From: Phyllosticta citribraziliensis
Lineage: Eukaryota
Length of the DNA: 64,000 nt
Direction: 5' to 3'
Assembly: GCF_038025025.1 (NCBI RefSeq)
Contig: NW_027117340.1
Span: forward strand, 2,232,001-2,296,000
Part shown: one piece after another, positions 49,771-63,108 of the stretch
How the letters are laid out: every line of letters starts with the position of its first letter
Numbering within the stretch: the stretch's first letter is position 1
The notes under the pieces: model-generated
The model's input: only the letters and a program-made list of their open reading frames with translations
Database searches by the model: none
Told to the model about the DNA's origin: nothing
Program-made: the position numbers and the translations under genes

Positions 49771-50668
49771 GGAATAAGAGGGTGAGGTGTGGGTTCCGTT
49801 GCGCAGGGACGAGACGAGACGAGACGAGGTGGTGGGGGATTACATGCAAACGCACGACCAACGCGTCGACTGGTCTGACGAAAGCGGCCGAGAGCGAGAT
49901 TGACGCGGCGGCGAGGTGGATGCAGTGCAGTGCCTGTGGTGGTGGCGGGGAGAGGCCGTGCACGGGCCGGCGACGCCCTCCCTCCCTTCCGTTCCATCGG
50001 ATTGACCTGACCCCGGCCCCCGTCAGGTCTTGACCTCCACTCCTCGTCCCTTGGCTCCGACAACGTCAACAACGGAAATGCCGTGGTCATTGCAGACAGC
50101 GAGGCCTAGTGCCTGTAGAGGCCGCGTCGTCACAACGGCACGGCATCCTACAACGCATCGCAGCGCGCCAAACGACCCCCGCCTGACGTCTCACCTTTGG
50201 TTGCACTAACACAACGGCCCTATCCACGGCCGTGGGACTCACTTCTAGAATCCATCCACATTGCTGTTTGCATTCCTGGTGCACTGGGCCGATTGCGGCC
50301 CGTTGGCTCAGAACGACGGACGGACGGACTTGAGCGCGAGCGAGGGAGAGAAAGCAGTCGCGGCCCAACTCCAACATACAAACCTTCTCTTGCTTGATAC
50401 ATACTCCTGTCTGTCCTGTCCGGTCCTGTCGACTTGTTCCATCGGTTCCTGCCTGCCTGCCTAGGTACCTTGGCCAACGCAACCTACCTACCTCACCGCA
50501 TGCTGGCCTGCCTCCCACTGCCGTCTGGTACCTACCACTACATGTACCTTGCTGCTGCTGCGGTCCCCGTACCATGACCGCTGCGCCCTCTCTTATTCTC
50601 TGCGCCCTCTCTCTCGTCGTCGTCGTCGTCCTTGTCCCCGCTGCGTCCATGACTTGTTGATTCCAGTC

Positions 50669-53600
50669 ATGGCATACGTCCTCTCGGTGCCCTCGCATAG
50701 CCCACTCAAGCGCTCGTTCAGCGAGACCCCATACCTACGCTCGCCGTCTCCGCTGTCTCACGACTCCGCCAACACTGTCCGACGTTGTAAACCTAACAAC
50801 GTATCAGCTACCTCCCTCATCTCTTTTGCCTCGGCGCAAAACGGCCCATGGCTCAAACCAAACGAGAACACTCCTCCAACCGTCGCCTCGCGCTCATTGC
50901 TAGACTTGATCAATGAGCTGTCTGCCTGTCCTTCCCTTCACTCTTCCCTAGAGTGCGTGCCGGAAAAGATCTCATGGGTCTCCAACATTCCACTCCCTCC
51001 CTCCCCGGACCCTCGTCGCACCTCGTTCGAACAGACCGCCCTCTCCATCCACGTCGATAGACCAACCGAAAACTGCCCTTCGCCGGTGCCTACATTCCAC
51101 GAAGATCCCAATTCCGCCTCAGAATCCGGAGGTTCGCCCACGGACGATCGAGATGCCTTTTTTAGCTCCGCTTCGAGCATACTGGAATCTCCTGGAGAGC
51201 CCACAGACTCTTTCTCTGCGCCGGTGATAGAAGAAGAAAACGACGATTATGACGATGACGCTGCCGAGGAAGATGATGGAATCGAGACAAAAGCGACGCC
51301 CTTCAAGAGATGGGTCAGCACGCTGAGGCGACGCAACAAGAACCCAGTCAAAGGTCGCAAGTCCAGACCGGAGAATTTGCCAGTGGACGACTTTCCCCCA
51401 GAGCTATCGAGGATCAGGACCGAGCACGAGGCAAGATCCAGATCAGGTCACACAAAGTCGTCGTCTCTAGCATCGTCAATGGCTTTTGTCACGGCTGTCA
51501 AGTCAGCATCCGTCACTTTGGCGAGCACTAGCATTGCGCCACTCAGCCGCCTCGGGACAAGATACAGCAGAGGAAGAGATCGCGGTAGCAGCATCACTGA
51601 CGCTCGATCTGCACGGGACACGGCATACCAGTCAATCATCCCTGTCATGGATGAGCGCGCATGGGAGAGAGCCAAGCAACGTCGGCGCATCCTTGAAGAG
51701 ATTATATCTTCAGAGGAGGGTTACATTGGAGACCTGAAAGTGTTGTCAAATGTGAGGAGAAGACGCGCCATGCAACGGAGACAGGGTTAACAGATTCAGG
51801 TATACTTGACGGTGCTCGCGTCGGTCCCTTCGGTCTCACCGCAGACGCGCATGTCGATCCATCGCAATGTTTCACAACTTGTGCAGCTGCATGAGGATCT
51901 CCTTGGAGAGCTTCACCGCATCATCCCGAATTCTGAATTCACCCAAGATGACAGCGTTTTCGAGCATCGACCGAGGCCGCGCCATACTCGCTGGCACAGT
52001 ATTGATGGTCTCCCACACAGAGCTTCCGGAATTGCCATCAATCGTAGATCGCAACGTCACTCGCTGGATATGTGCAAGCCAGAAGAGCCGACTCCGTTGG
52101 GCGTGACGGCGGATACGGAAACTGTTGCGCAAGTCGCCAGGCTGTTTGACCAACTTGTAAGTGTACCCTTCCTAGGCATTGGAGCCATCATTGACGGGAA
52201 GTTCAGATGAGACGATTCTTTGCATATGAAGAGTACAGTGCCCAGTTTGAGTCGGTCAACAGCGAGCTGGAAGCCAGTCATCGGACCATTCCGGCATGGC
52301 AGACCTACGAGAGAGGCATTGAAGCCCTATCGAGTATGCTAGTCTCAGCAAACAAGAGAGATGCTAGCTGTCGGAAGGGCCTGACTCTGGCAGATTTGAT
52401 GATCAAGGTCAGTGCGAACCAATTCCATCTAGAAGAACGTTCTAACGCTGGCCTTAGCCCATCCAGCGCACTTCGAAATACCCATTGTTCTTTGCAGACC
52501 TAATGAAGCACACCCCTGTTGCTGATGACCCTGTCGCACACGCCGAGCTAGAAAAAGTCCACTTTCGCCTCAAAGACGCGAACCAGGAGATCAACAATGC
52601 CAAAGACGACCACCTCAGGAGGAAGCTTATCGAAACAACTTGGCTCCTCCAAGACCGACTTGTCTTTGCGCAAGATGTAAGAGACTCGGCCGAGCCAGTG
52701 TATGAAGTTGCTGACTGTGACATAGCAACCTATTCCTCGCGTCGTATTGACCAGGCTACTTGGCCATGTCGTCTTGTGTGGTGTTTTACACGTCACATAC
52801 CAGACAAATGATCCGCGCATTCACGGAAAGTACATGATTTGCATGTTATTCAGGTCTTGCCTCATCTTGGCGCAAACGGACAAGTCTTATTCCAACTACA
52901 ACGTCTTCGCCATGATCGCCCTTGGGAACGGCAGCATCGAGAGGTCTGACAATGGTCGAGGTGAGGGCTCTATCCTGAATCTTGCGCTGGGATTTGTTTC
53001 ACTGACCCGACTGCATCAGGCCTTCAGTGCCACACGGCACCGTTCACGTGGAAGCTCATCTTCGAGTCTAGCAACCGGTTTCACGAAGTGATTCTCAGCG
53101 CATGCTCGGCGGAAGAAGAAATGGTGTGGAAGAAGACGCTGAAGTCGCACATTTCTGCGGAAAACAGCGATCTCGTTGAGGGCAGGAGCTGCATGCAAGA
53201 TCTTTTCTCATCTCTCTCGGTCGAGTTGAAATGTCTTGGTGCAAGTTTCGGAACTCCAGACAGCCTGACCCGGAAGATGGCCCTTCGTCGCGCTGCAACT
53301 GTTGGGCCGAAGATGCACTTGCAACAAGTCATTATTAAAAACACGCAAGCACAGAAGAGACCAGATGTTTCACAGTCGACAAGCTCGCTTCCAGTGGGTC
53401 GATCTCAGTCTACAATGACCTCGAATACTCTCATTCCCACGCTCGCACCTCGCCGCGGCGAGCGAATCCGTCTGGAAACGGTCATCGGTGACGTATGGAC
53501 CAAGGAGAGCATTCCGTATCCCGGTATGGGAACCCGAAGAGCGGAGAATCCAATCAGAGCGTCGGCCAACTCTGTCATGCGGAAGCTCAGCATGGCCAGC

Positions 53601-54329
53601 ATTGCGAGTAACTTTTCCTCAAAACGCTCTGGCAGTTACAACAGTCTAAGCCAGCTGCGCAAAGACGACCCATGGAAATCGAGGAGGAGGTCACCTTCGG
53701 GCACACTGTCCAAACCAGCATCTCCAGCTCCGCCATGTATCAAAGTTGACTTCCACAGCGCGCCGGAGCAATTCTTGCCAGCGGATTTTGAGCTCGTGAC
53801 GCCAAACAACCGGACGAGGAGGACGGGCCATGTCGCGGAAAGGGAAAGCGACCGCATTGTTGGGCCGGGCACTCTGCCTAGAGGAATGAGCCTCTCTCCG
53901 TCTCCGCGACCGTCTCCGCACTCGGGCTTGTCGAAGAAGATTTCAATGCCGTCGCTGGGTCAAGCCAGAACGCCTTCTACACGCGACGCGTCAAGAGAAA
54001 CAAGACTGCGGAGGAAGCTGTCAATGCCAACACTGCCCAGCTCGCCTCTTCCGGCAAACGGGTATGAACGACCGGCCACGGCAGCTGGGCCTGCTGCGGC
54101 ACCGAAGCTGGATGTCAAGCTGCCGCATTGCAACGAAGCGGATGATGCTGGTCTTGCTTCACTTCCAAACTCGCCTGGAGCGACGCCGTCGAGGAAGAGG
54201 TCGATCAACGTCAAGCCACGTACGAGGTTGTTCAAATTCTGGGCGCATTGCAGCGAGTCGCCAAAGGGCGTCTTTGCTTCGATTCGCGGCAACACGACAC
54301 CGTCGCGCTCGCCATCGCGTCGCGTTTGA
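50669..54329 (+). CDS. Rho guanine nucleotide exchange factor (DH-PH)
   Basis: Exons 50669-51751, 51800-52156, 52207-52407, 52458-52676, 52726-52960, 53020-54329. DH motifs RRRILEEIISSEEGYIGDLKVL and DLMIKPIQRTSKYPL; PH-like LLGHVVLCGVLHV..GLQCHTAPFTWKLIFE. Confidence 0.9.
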
Positions 54330-55227
54330 TGGCCGCGTGCTTGGCAGAGACGCAGAATGCTGCGTTTGCGGTCGCGTCGTGGGGTGGTGCGACGTGAGGG
54401 CTGGGTGCGGAAAAGTCAGACGGGTGGGACAGGATGGAGTTGCACAAGACAAAGCTGACGTTGAGATATGATATCATTGGCAAGAGTTCAGGAGAGGCAG
54501 AAGTGGAGCTTCGTTTTGGAAGATGGTACTTGCTTTGCGGTTGACGCAACTTGTTGGTTGTGGAGCCGTGGCTGGTGGGTTCAGGGCGCAGGTGGCACGG
54601 GCGTTTCTGCGGTTAGGTTTTCTTGGGAGTGAATGGATTTGGAGAGGGGGATCATCGTCATGCAAGGTACCCGGACACTCAGGGACATGGTTGAGGAAGG
54701 TGTTTCTGGGACGGAGGAGTTTGTTTGTTGGAGGCTCTCCTCTTCTTGCTGGTCGGTTGCTTTTGGGACAGCTGCTAGACGGCCGCAGCATTTGGACTAG
54801 AAGAAGACGGAACACGGAGCTGGCACTTGACAGCATGAACAGGATGATATCCATAGCGAGCAGAATACAATTTTAGACTGACTGACTGGATGGCAAGCCA
54901 GCCTCCATCATCAATTGTCGCAGATACAGGGCGTTGACGTGACCTCAGTCTTGGAAGAGCATCGAAAGGAAGCGCAGCACAGCCAGTGGAGTGCCAGTGC
55001 CAGTGCCAGTGCCAGGGAGCAGCAGATCGTGGGGTCCCTGCGCCCGTGCGCCCATGACGTAGCCGCCAGCCCAGGTGCTACAAAACCACCCCGCCGCTGC
55101 CCTCACCTCTCCCCTCCATCTCTCTTCACACACACCACTACAAAGCCTCTTACAACTCTGCTCGTCTCACTTATCCCACCAAACAACACACACACTCATC
55201 ACCCTCGAAACCTATTCTCTCGACACA

Positions 55228-55806
55228 ATGACTCGCGGCAACGACACCCAGACCAAGGTCCACTACCAGGGCAAGGAGGAGGACTTCATCATCTTCGTCG
55301 ACGACGTCGAGGCCGTCCAGAAGTGGAAGAACGACAAAAGCGTTCCCCTCGCCCAGGTTGTCAGCGGCTGGAAGGTCTTTGTCACCCACAAGTAAGCTTC
55401 CCCGATGGCTCTTCAGTCACGCGACACAGGTTCCTTCTCAAACGCGTTGCTTGCCTCCATGGACTCATCGGATGCGCCCTCATCGATGCATCCACGGCAA
55501 GCTCGCACTAACTCTTTCCAATGGCCTCCGAAATCATGCTCAAGGCAACTTATGCTAACGCGGCTGTCTACAGGCACGGCGCTCAGGGTGTCCTCGACGG
55601 TGCATCAAAGGCCGCACTGGAGAACGAGTTCGGCACATCCAAGGACGACGACGTTGTAACTCAGATCCTGGAGAAGGGTGATGTCCAGGCCACCGAGGTA
55701 AGCTCCAACACATCTCTAGCGTTGACTCCAGAAACTAACGCTCCACCAGAACGCTGGACGCAATGGAGACCGGAACATCGCCGGCGGCCCTCGCGTCGCA
55801 CACTAA
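55228..55806 (+). CDS. RTC3: Rtc3-like small protein (SBDS N-terminal-domain family)
   Basis: Exons 55228-55391, 55574-55697, 55750-55806. KVHYQGKEEDFIIFVDD..W..DKSVPLAQVV..HGAQGVLDGASKAALENEFGT. Confidence 0.85.
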
Positions 55807-57743
55807 GCGGCTCAATGGAGCTCAGCTGAGCAAGCGGACACTGGCTACGACGACGATGCATATACCCAACCAAAAGAGTTTCGGCTCGTTATCAGCTACA
55901 CCCAATTTCTTCTCGTCAGAACAACACCACGACGGGCGTGGTTTTGGTTCTAGGGACAAGGCGTAGTCCGCCCATTTCGTTTTTTCGATTCAAAGCCGGG
56001 CTCATTGATTGAGAAAAGGGCCTGGAAACCACCTCAGGGTCGGAGATACCTACCACCTTGCCTACCTACCTCTCTTACATAGCTATGCCGTATAATGTCG
56101 GCGTCTCTTGAGGAGATGAGACGGAAATGAATGACACGATGTCTACGACACAGTTTGAGCCTCCATTGCGTGTTTGATTGCTCTCGTCTATTTTGTGTGT
56201 CACTGAATGGGCTTACGAAATCGCGTGATGGCCCCATCTGAGAACACAGCTGCCTTGCTTTGCAAGGCGAGCTGGCCCCAGCTGGCACCCGTGGACCTTG
56301 GAGGTCCCACCAGGAACCCCACCACCGTCGATGACGTCACACACATCTCACCACAACTGGAAAGGAAGACGACGGCGGGCATTTGCATGCATTGATACAT
56401 TCCAAACACACCATTCCATTCTTGCCCCGGCAACCAACCAACCAACCAACAACCGGCAGAGTAAACATTCCTCCCTTCATATAGCATCCAAGTAGGACAC
56501 CGTAGCGCGCACGGCAGGGGCAGCGGCAGCGGCAGGGCCAGGGCCAGGGCGAAGGGATTGGCAGGCAGCATGCTGCGCGCGCCGAACCGTTGTCCGTACC
56601 GTGCCGTGCCCGAGCCGTCCGTGTCGTTATGTAGCTACTTTCTTTCTCTGCTTTGTCGGTTGACGGGATAATAGGAGTGGTTCGTATCGCTGCTGCTGCT
56701 GCTGCTGTTGTTGGTTGTTGTGCCTCATGACTGCCGCAGGGTACCTTGGTACTTAGCCCGTGAGGATCTTGGGCTGGCTGGCTTGGCTGGCTGGCTGGCT
56801 GGCTACCTTGGGCATTTCCTGCGTCACACCTACTTCGCCCGCAGGAACGGCACACTTCATGGATGGATCGATGGATTGATTGACGCGGGGTGGGTGTTTT
56901 CGGCTTTCTTTTGATGCATTTGATTGTCATTTCTTTTCTGTGCCTAGGTTACTGCGTGCCTGGTACTTGTAAATACCAATCACCACCACCACCATGACTC
57001 TCCCCTCCTTCCTCCCTGCTCTGCTCTGCTCTGCCCTCCCACCTTTCCCTACATGTGCCGATGGTTGACACGCCGATGAGTACTTTCACCTCCGTGCTAC
57101 GCTCCAGACGTACACGAGGTTGATATTACAAGACTGTATTAGAAAAACCGCGGCAAGAACGAGTGGACGAAAATAAAAAAAATTAAAAAAACCCCCCGCC
57201 CCCCCGACCAAAAGAGAAAGAGTGTCTCGAGGAGAAAATCCAATGAACAAGAAGACCATGAGAGCCAGCTCCGCACTTGGAGATAAAAGATTCGACAGTG
57301 CCGGTTAGACAAGAGCAAAGCAAAGCAAAGCACTGCTGGATTACAAAATGAATGAGTGCGTGGCGGCGCAGTTGTCTGGGTATAATTGCGTACCAAGCGC
57401 ACGAGTACAAAGAGCAACTAAACCAAAGCCGTGGGGTGGTGGAAGAGAAGGTTATACGCAAGATAGAAAGAAAAGAAAAGAAAGCTTTCGACGCAAACAA
57501 AAGAAAACCCAGGGTATCATTATTCGTCTTCGTGTCGTCCAATCCCCTCCGTCCCGCCTCCCATTGTTAACAAAAGGAAAAAGAAAAATGCCACTCGAGA
57601 CCAAAGATTTTAGAAAAAGGGGATGTCTCAAAGCCAAACCATACCTTAGTCTCCTGAGACCAAGTCGACAACAGAAACATCAAACCAATGCCAGCCTGCG
57701 TTTGGCTGTTTCTTGCAAGTCCAGACGAAGAGGGGCTGTCGCA

Positions 57744-59629
57744 TTATCCCAAATTTGGCCATACTCGGCCGAGCATCTTGCGCCAGCGGCCACTACGCGA
57801 CTCGTTTGCATCAGCCACAGTCGACGCGTCTGGATGATGGTCGCGACCCAGCATGGAAAGGGCGCGCTGGCGAGCCCATTCGCGGCGCGAGGCGGTGCCG
57901 GCAGCCGGACGTTGCGGTGTACCAGCAGCCGCCGGTCTCGATCTGGAAACGTCGGCCATGTTTGGCGTCGGGGCGGCCGATGCATGATTTCTGTGATCCC
58001 CAAGAACAGTCGCGGTCGGCGTTGCTGCCATGCGACTGCGCTCTCCAGCGTCATCGTCGGGACACTCGGTAGATGAAGCCACTGCTGACCTGCTGGTTTG
58101 CATTTCGACATCGGGCCTCGCGTTGGCGCCGGTTGCTCTTCTTGCGGCGTTGCCCATGACCATGAAAGCCGCTGCGCGCATCAGACCGCCTCGACTGTTC
58201 TCTGCAGCTCTGCGCATCTCCTCTTCCCGTAACTGCTCCTCGCTCACGCCGCGTGCAGCTGCTCTTGACCGCAGTCTCCGAATCCAGCGCTCCCTCCGAA
58301 CCATGGAGTTGGTGATGACCGCCGGACAATAACCTACGGGCAGCACCGTCTTCTTGCATAGCGGGCACAAGGAAGAATTGTCGCGCAAGAAGTTGTCTAT
58401 GCACTCGGGGTGGTAGATGTGGTGACAGGGAAGCTCGCGGACTTGCGTCTCCTTGTGGACGAAGTCGTCCAGACAAATTGCGCATGTTGGCTGAGAATAG
58501 GAGACGGAACGTTCGGACGTGGCAGGCACAGCCGGAGGATCGGCTCTGAGCGCGTTTCCGCTGCCGTCCACCGAGTCCCCGACAGGAGGCGTGGCAGAAT
58601 TTGCATCATAAATGTAGAGGGGCAGGCGATCCAGAACCTCTTGAGGTACAGTCAGACGTCTGACGCCTAGCGCTTCGAGGTCGATTTCGCCTCGGATGAC
58701 TCGATCACGAAGCTGATTGCGCAGCCTCTTTTGGTGCCAATGAACACCAACGGATGAACCGGCAATGGCTAGGATCATGAGGCCAAGGACAATGAGCAGA
58801 AATACCCATAGACTGGGCAATTGGGAGCCACCGTCTAGAAACAGTCAGCACTGCACACGCTGTAAAGGCGTTGTAGACCCACTAGTTGGAATCTCGACAA
58901 TCTGCCGCACGTAGTCGCTGGGATGGTACAGAGATGATAGGTTTCGGCCATACGGAACACTGGTGAGATTGCCAGAATACGCTGCCAGCTCTGGCATGAC
59001 CAGGCGTCCCGTGTAACCGGATACGGCATATATTGCAAAGTCGCGGTCAGTCTTCCATTGGCCGCCATCGTTGAGATCCCATAGCACAGCGTTTGCGGGA
59101 GGTGGTATGCCGACGCTGTTGTCCGTGGGAAAAAAGATGAAGGCCCTCAGTAGTGGATCGGCAGCGGCGTTGGATAGAAATTCGTGGACGCACTGGGCCG
59201 AGGACCACGGAGCTATGGCAATCTGGTGATACTTTTTGGCCGGAGGCAGGTCGGCGTAACGAGTGACGTTGGCGGGAATGTACGGAGCAGTGACATTTCT
59301 GCAGAGGTCGGTCTGGAGGTCCGGAACGTAGAGGGGGCCGATGATGTTTTCGCCAGGACTGATGCCGTTGGTAGAAAGGGTTCGTACGTTGGTGTCGGGC
59401 AAGTAGAAGCCGAGTCGCGACTGCACAGAAGGTTATGGTTAATTGTGGACATACGACAACGTTGAACAAGCTTACTTGGACCAGAGTCACATTGTCGGCG
59501 GGCTCCACAGAATCAAGCCCGGGAAACACAGCCGTCTGGAATTGGATCTGCTGGGCAGCTGGGTAGAAGGAAGACGATCAGATCAGCAAGAGGATTGGAA
59601 CGCGAGGGCGGAGGCGTGTACATACTCAT
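57744..59629 (-). CDS. Single-pass membrane RING-H2 E3 ubiquitin ligase (start codon uncertain)
   Basis: Exons 59629-59626 (tentative), 59558-59476, 59420-58883, 58834-57744. Domain with several N-x-S/T sequons, TM LWVFLLIVLGLMILAIAG, RING-H2 CAICLDDF..LPCHHIYHPECID..CPLC. Confidence 0.88.
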
Positions 59630-59986
59630 AGTACGCAGACATGCGTGCGGACGAGGTTAGCGGCAGCAGGAAGAGGCGGCAAGAGGCAACGCGACGGCGG
59701 TAGAAGAGAAAATTGGAGAGAGAGTTGCGGCGAGGGCGGAGAGAGGATCAAGCAGCCAAGGTACGGTTAGGGTAGGGCATGTAGCGTGGAGTTAGTGTAG
59801 AGAGAGGTAATGCGTAGTCCCCAGCCCCCAAGCCAGCCAGCCAGCCAGCCAGCCCACACAGCCCACAGCCCACCACCCACCACCCACGAACTCCATACGA
59901 TCCGGCCACCCCCAGACGCGCCCGGCATCCACCTAGGTCGATCCCGCCCGACGCACGGCCCGGCGGTCCCGCTCGCCAGCGCCAGC

Positions 59987-60022
59987 CCCGAACTCCCGAA
60001 CTCCCGAACTCCCGAACTCCCG
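59987..60022. repeat. (CCCGAACT)4 tandem repeat in the divergent RING/ADA3 promoter
   Basis: Four perfect 8-bp units. Confidence 0.9.
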
Positions 60023-60123
60023 CTCAGCTCACTAGCTACCCTACCCGACCTTAGCAACCTACCGACCGACCTCTCTGTACCTTACTGCTTCCAAAACACC
60101 CGCCCCTCTCCAATCCTGGAACC

Positions 60124-62348
60124 ATGCCTATCCACAGACCCCCCTCCAAGTCAAAGACGCACTCTCAGTCGCGCGACCGTCGCTCCCGCAGTCGCAACAC
60201 CACGCCCATTGACCGCCAAAGCGTCCAGCCCTCCGTCGAGTCGACCACCTCGCCCTCCGTCATGCAAAATACCCTGTCGCACCTCAGCAATCCCTCGGCC
60301 GTCTTCATCGAGGACATCTTCACCAATGGCTCCTCGTCCCAGGCCATCCCCTCGCCCGAGAGCCTGCACGCCATGCTCGAGGACGTCAAGAGCCGCTTCC
60401 TGCCCGCCCAGAGCCTGCGAGTCGAGGCCAACGAAAAGTTTATGCGCCACCTGATGCAGCGTCGCAAAGCTCGCATGGAGCGCCAACACGACCTTGACCG
60501 CGCCGACCGCGAGGCCGAGGAGAGGAAACACAAGCTCAAAATCAAGCCCAAGAAACGCGAGCCCGACGAGGACCGCCCACTTGCCGTAGGCGCACACGGC
60601 CTGGCCAGGCAGGATGGGACCGATATGCACAAAGGTAGGCACCTTCTACTCTTTTGCTGTCCTTCCCTGGCACAAGTCGACCCAACGCCTCCATCATCTT
60701 CGACTCCCAAAATCTCGCATCCTTACACAATGCGCCGACATGCACCATCACATACGCAGTATATGCTTCAGGCAGACGAGGAGCTCCTCAAATGGGTCCG
60801 ACAGCTCGGTGCTGTGGAGGGAGAGGTGGCTCCGAGGTGCTCTCACCCACCTGACTGCGTCGCTAGCCTGCCCTTCGTATTCGGCCCTTCAGTATCTCTG
60901 TACCCATGATGTTATTTGGTCGTCCCTTAACATGGCGCCCAAGACACGACTCTTCCCCGCGCTAATCAATCTTTGCAGATGCATCCTCGACCATTTCCTC
61001 GCCAATCTCTCAACCACCTCCATCAGCCACCGGGACTGGTAATATGGACAGAGCTTCTGTGAGCGGTTCTGAAGATTCACACCAACCGGAGAAAGCGCCT
61101 GCAGTTCCCGCCTACCAAACGTTTGGCCCTGACCCGACCAAATTCGACGACCCTACGATATACCACATCCGCGAAATCGCCGACGACACACCAGAGAGAC
61201 TGAAAAAGGAAATACTGGGGGTGGCGACATATCCAAAGAGCGACCTGAAGGATCTTACTCCTGGCACTCCACCAGACCGTGACTTTAGCAATCCGAAACC
61301 GCAGACTCAGGTCAACGCCAACGTTTTTGCCAACTATGTGGAGCCTTATATTCGGCCGTTGACCGAGGAGGACTTGTCTTTTCTCAAGGAGCGTGGAGAT
61401 CGGATAGCGCCATTTAATATGCCGCGTCGGGGGCCTCGCCACTACAAAGATGTTTGGGCGGATGAAGACGGCGCCATGGCCATCGACTCGACGAGCGACA
61501 AGCTCCCTCCCAACGAACCCCGGGGTAACATAGAAATGATTAACGACGAGGTGGCCGAGACGGACGCTGTGGGACCAGGACCGCTCGTATCGCGCCTGCT
61601 CTCCACCTTCCGCTCCGAAGGCCGCAACCCCTCAGATTCCAACGGCACAAATTCCATGACCGAGATGGAAATCGACGGTGAAAATCCACCGGATACCGCG
61701 GGTGCACCCTCGCTCCCAGCAACTCATATAGCCGAGTCGAACAATGCGTCCTTCAAGAACGGCACGACTCAAAAGCCGGACTTTGTGACTATGGAGGAGC
61801 GTGCCATGCAAGAGCTGATACACATTGGTTTTCTTTCTGCCGACGACAAACCAGACTACGATGGGCACTTTGATGATGAAGTCGCAGCGCGGTTACGGTA
61901 TTTGCAAGATGAGCTGCGACGGCAGAGTATAGTGAACGGCGCGCGCAAGGCGCGGCTTCTGGAACTGGCCCAGCACCGCATGGCACAGCAAGAATACTGT
62001 GCCATTGAAGACGACCTCAACAATCAGCTCAATGCTGCGTATCTCAAACGCAATCGCAACCTGGGGAAAGGAAAGAAGAACACCAAGAACCGGCCCGGCG
62101 GAGCGGGTGGTGGATCGCATGTGGTGCAAGTGGGCGGCGGCGTCAGCGGGGGTGCTGGCGCCGGTGCCAGGGGCCTCGGCGAGGAAATTCGCGCTCTCAT
62201 GGAGAAAAAGGAGCGCTGGACCAGTGTTATTGGGCCCGTCGTCGACTATGGCAAGGCGGGCATTCCCCGCGAAAGCGTATTCGACGAGGAGACGATGAAG
62301 CGCTATATCGAAAAAGAGCAGGAAGGCTGGACCGAGGAACAAGAGTAG
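60124..62348 (+). CDS. ADA3: SAGA/ADA complex subunit Ada3 (Ngg1)
   Basis: Exons 60124-60634 and 60979-62348, in frame. RPLAVGAHGLARQDG, DRDFSNPKPQTQV..FANYVEPYIRPLTEEDL, MEERAMQELIHIGFL..DDEVAARLRYLQDEL. Confidence 0.93.
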
Positions 62349-63043
62349 CACGCATGCTGGCTTTCCTGTGGCGCTGTATTTGCATGTGGCGTGTACATGT
62401 TGCTCGCGCGTTGTCGGTCTACGCCGTTTCGTACCGCAGATGGAGAATTATTCGCAGAGCTTTCACACCTGTCTGCTACCATTTGCTCCATGTGCTATCT
62501 CTGCAACGCCTTATTTTTGCCTTCCCTCGGCCGACATGGACTTTTCTGGCCCCAGGCCGGGTCTACTCTCCCAGCGTCGTCGAGCAGCTGGGCGTCGAGT
62601 AACAGCCATCTTTTCCCCCTTCATTGCTCCAGACAGCCGAAATACCGCCTACACTGCCCAGGAGACGCCGAACAAGGCACTTCATCCCAGAGACTCGCCG
62701 CCAGAATCTCACTCTCCAAAGCTATCCTTGTCGTCATCTACGCTGTCGCCAATCCGGTCCTGTGCGAATGCACTCAATCAACATGTCCTCCTATCGTACC
62801 CACACACGGAAGTAGATGCTTGACCCCTTTGGAGTTTGGCTTAGCACCAGGCCGCAGTAGCCTGCCATCAGTATCAAATTTGGCGTCGACGTCTTGAGAT
62901 TGGTGGGCCCCTGGATTTGGTATAGACAGGCGGATGACAGGGCTGGACAGGGCACGTGGGAGTAGGAGTGGCAGTGAAAGAGGATGCGCGGACTAAACAC
63001 TACGAACAACTCGCTGGCTACCCGATTCGGCAGTTGCAGTGAG

Positions 63044-63108
63044 AGGTCTTACCGGATTTGAACCATCCAAGGAAGTGTTTGGAACGCAACTTCATACGTC
63101 ATAGGACG
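63044..63108 (-). pseudogene. Possible degenerate tRNA-like relic or solo B-box
   Basis: Minus strand reads GGTTCAAATCC (B-box, 63064-63054) followed by GGTAAGACCT, which resembles a tRNA-Gln 3' end. A partial acceptor-stem partner (GTCCTA) lies upstream. The element is only about 65 nt and has a poor T-stem. Confidence 0.3.

Noticed and set aside
59559..59665. Stwintron at the 5' end of the RING gene
   Set aside because: Excising the internal intron does not rebuild a split AG, and no good external donor was found.
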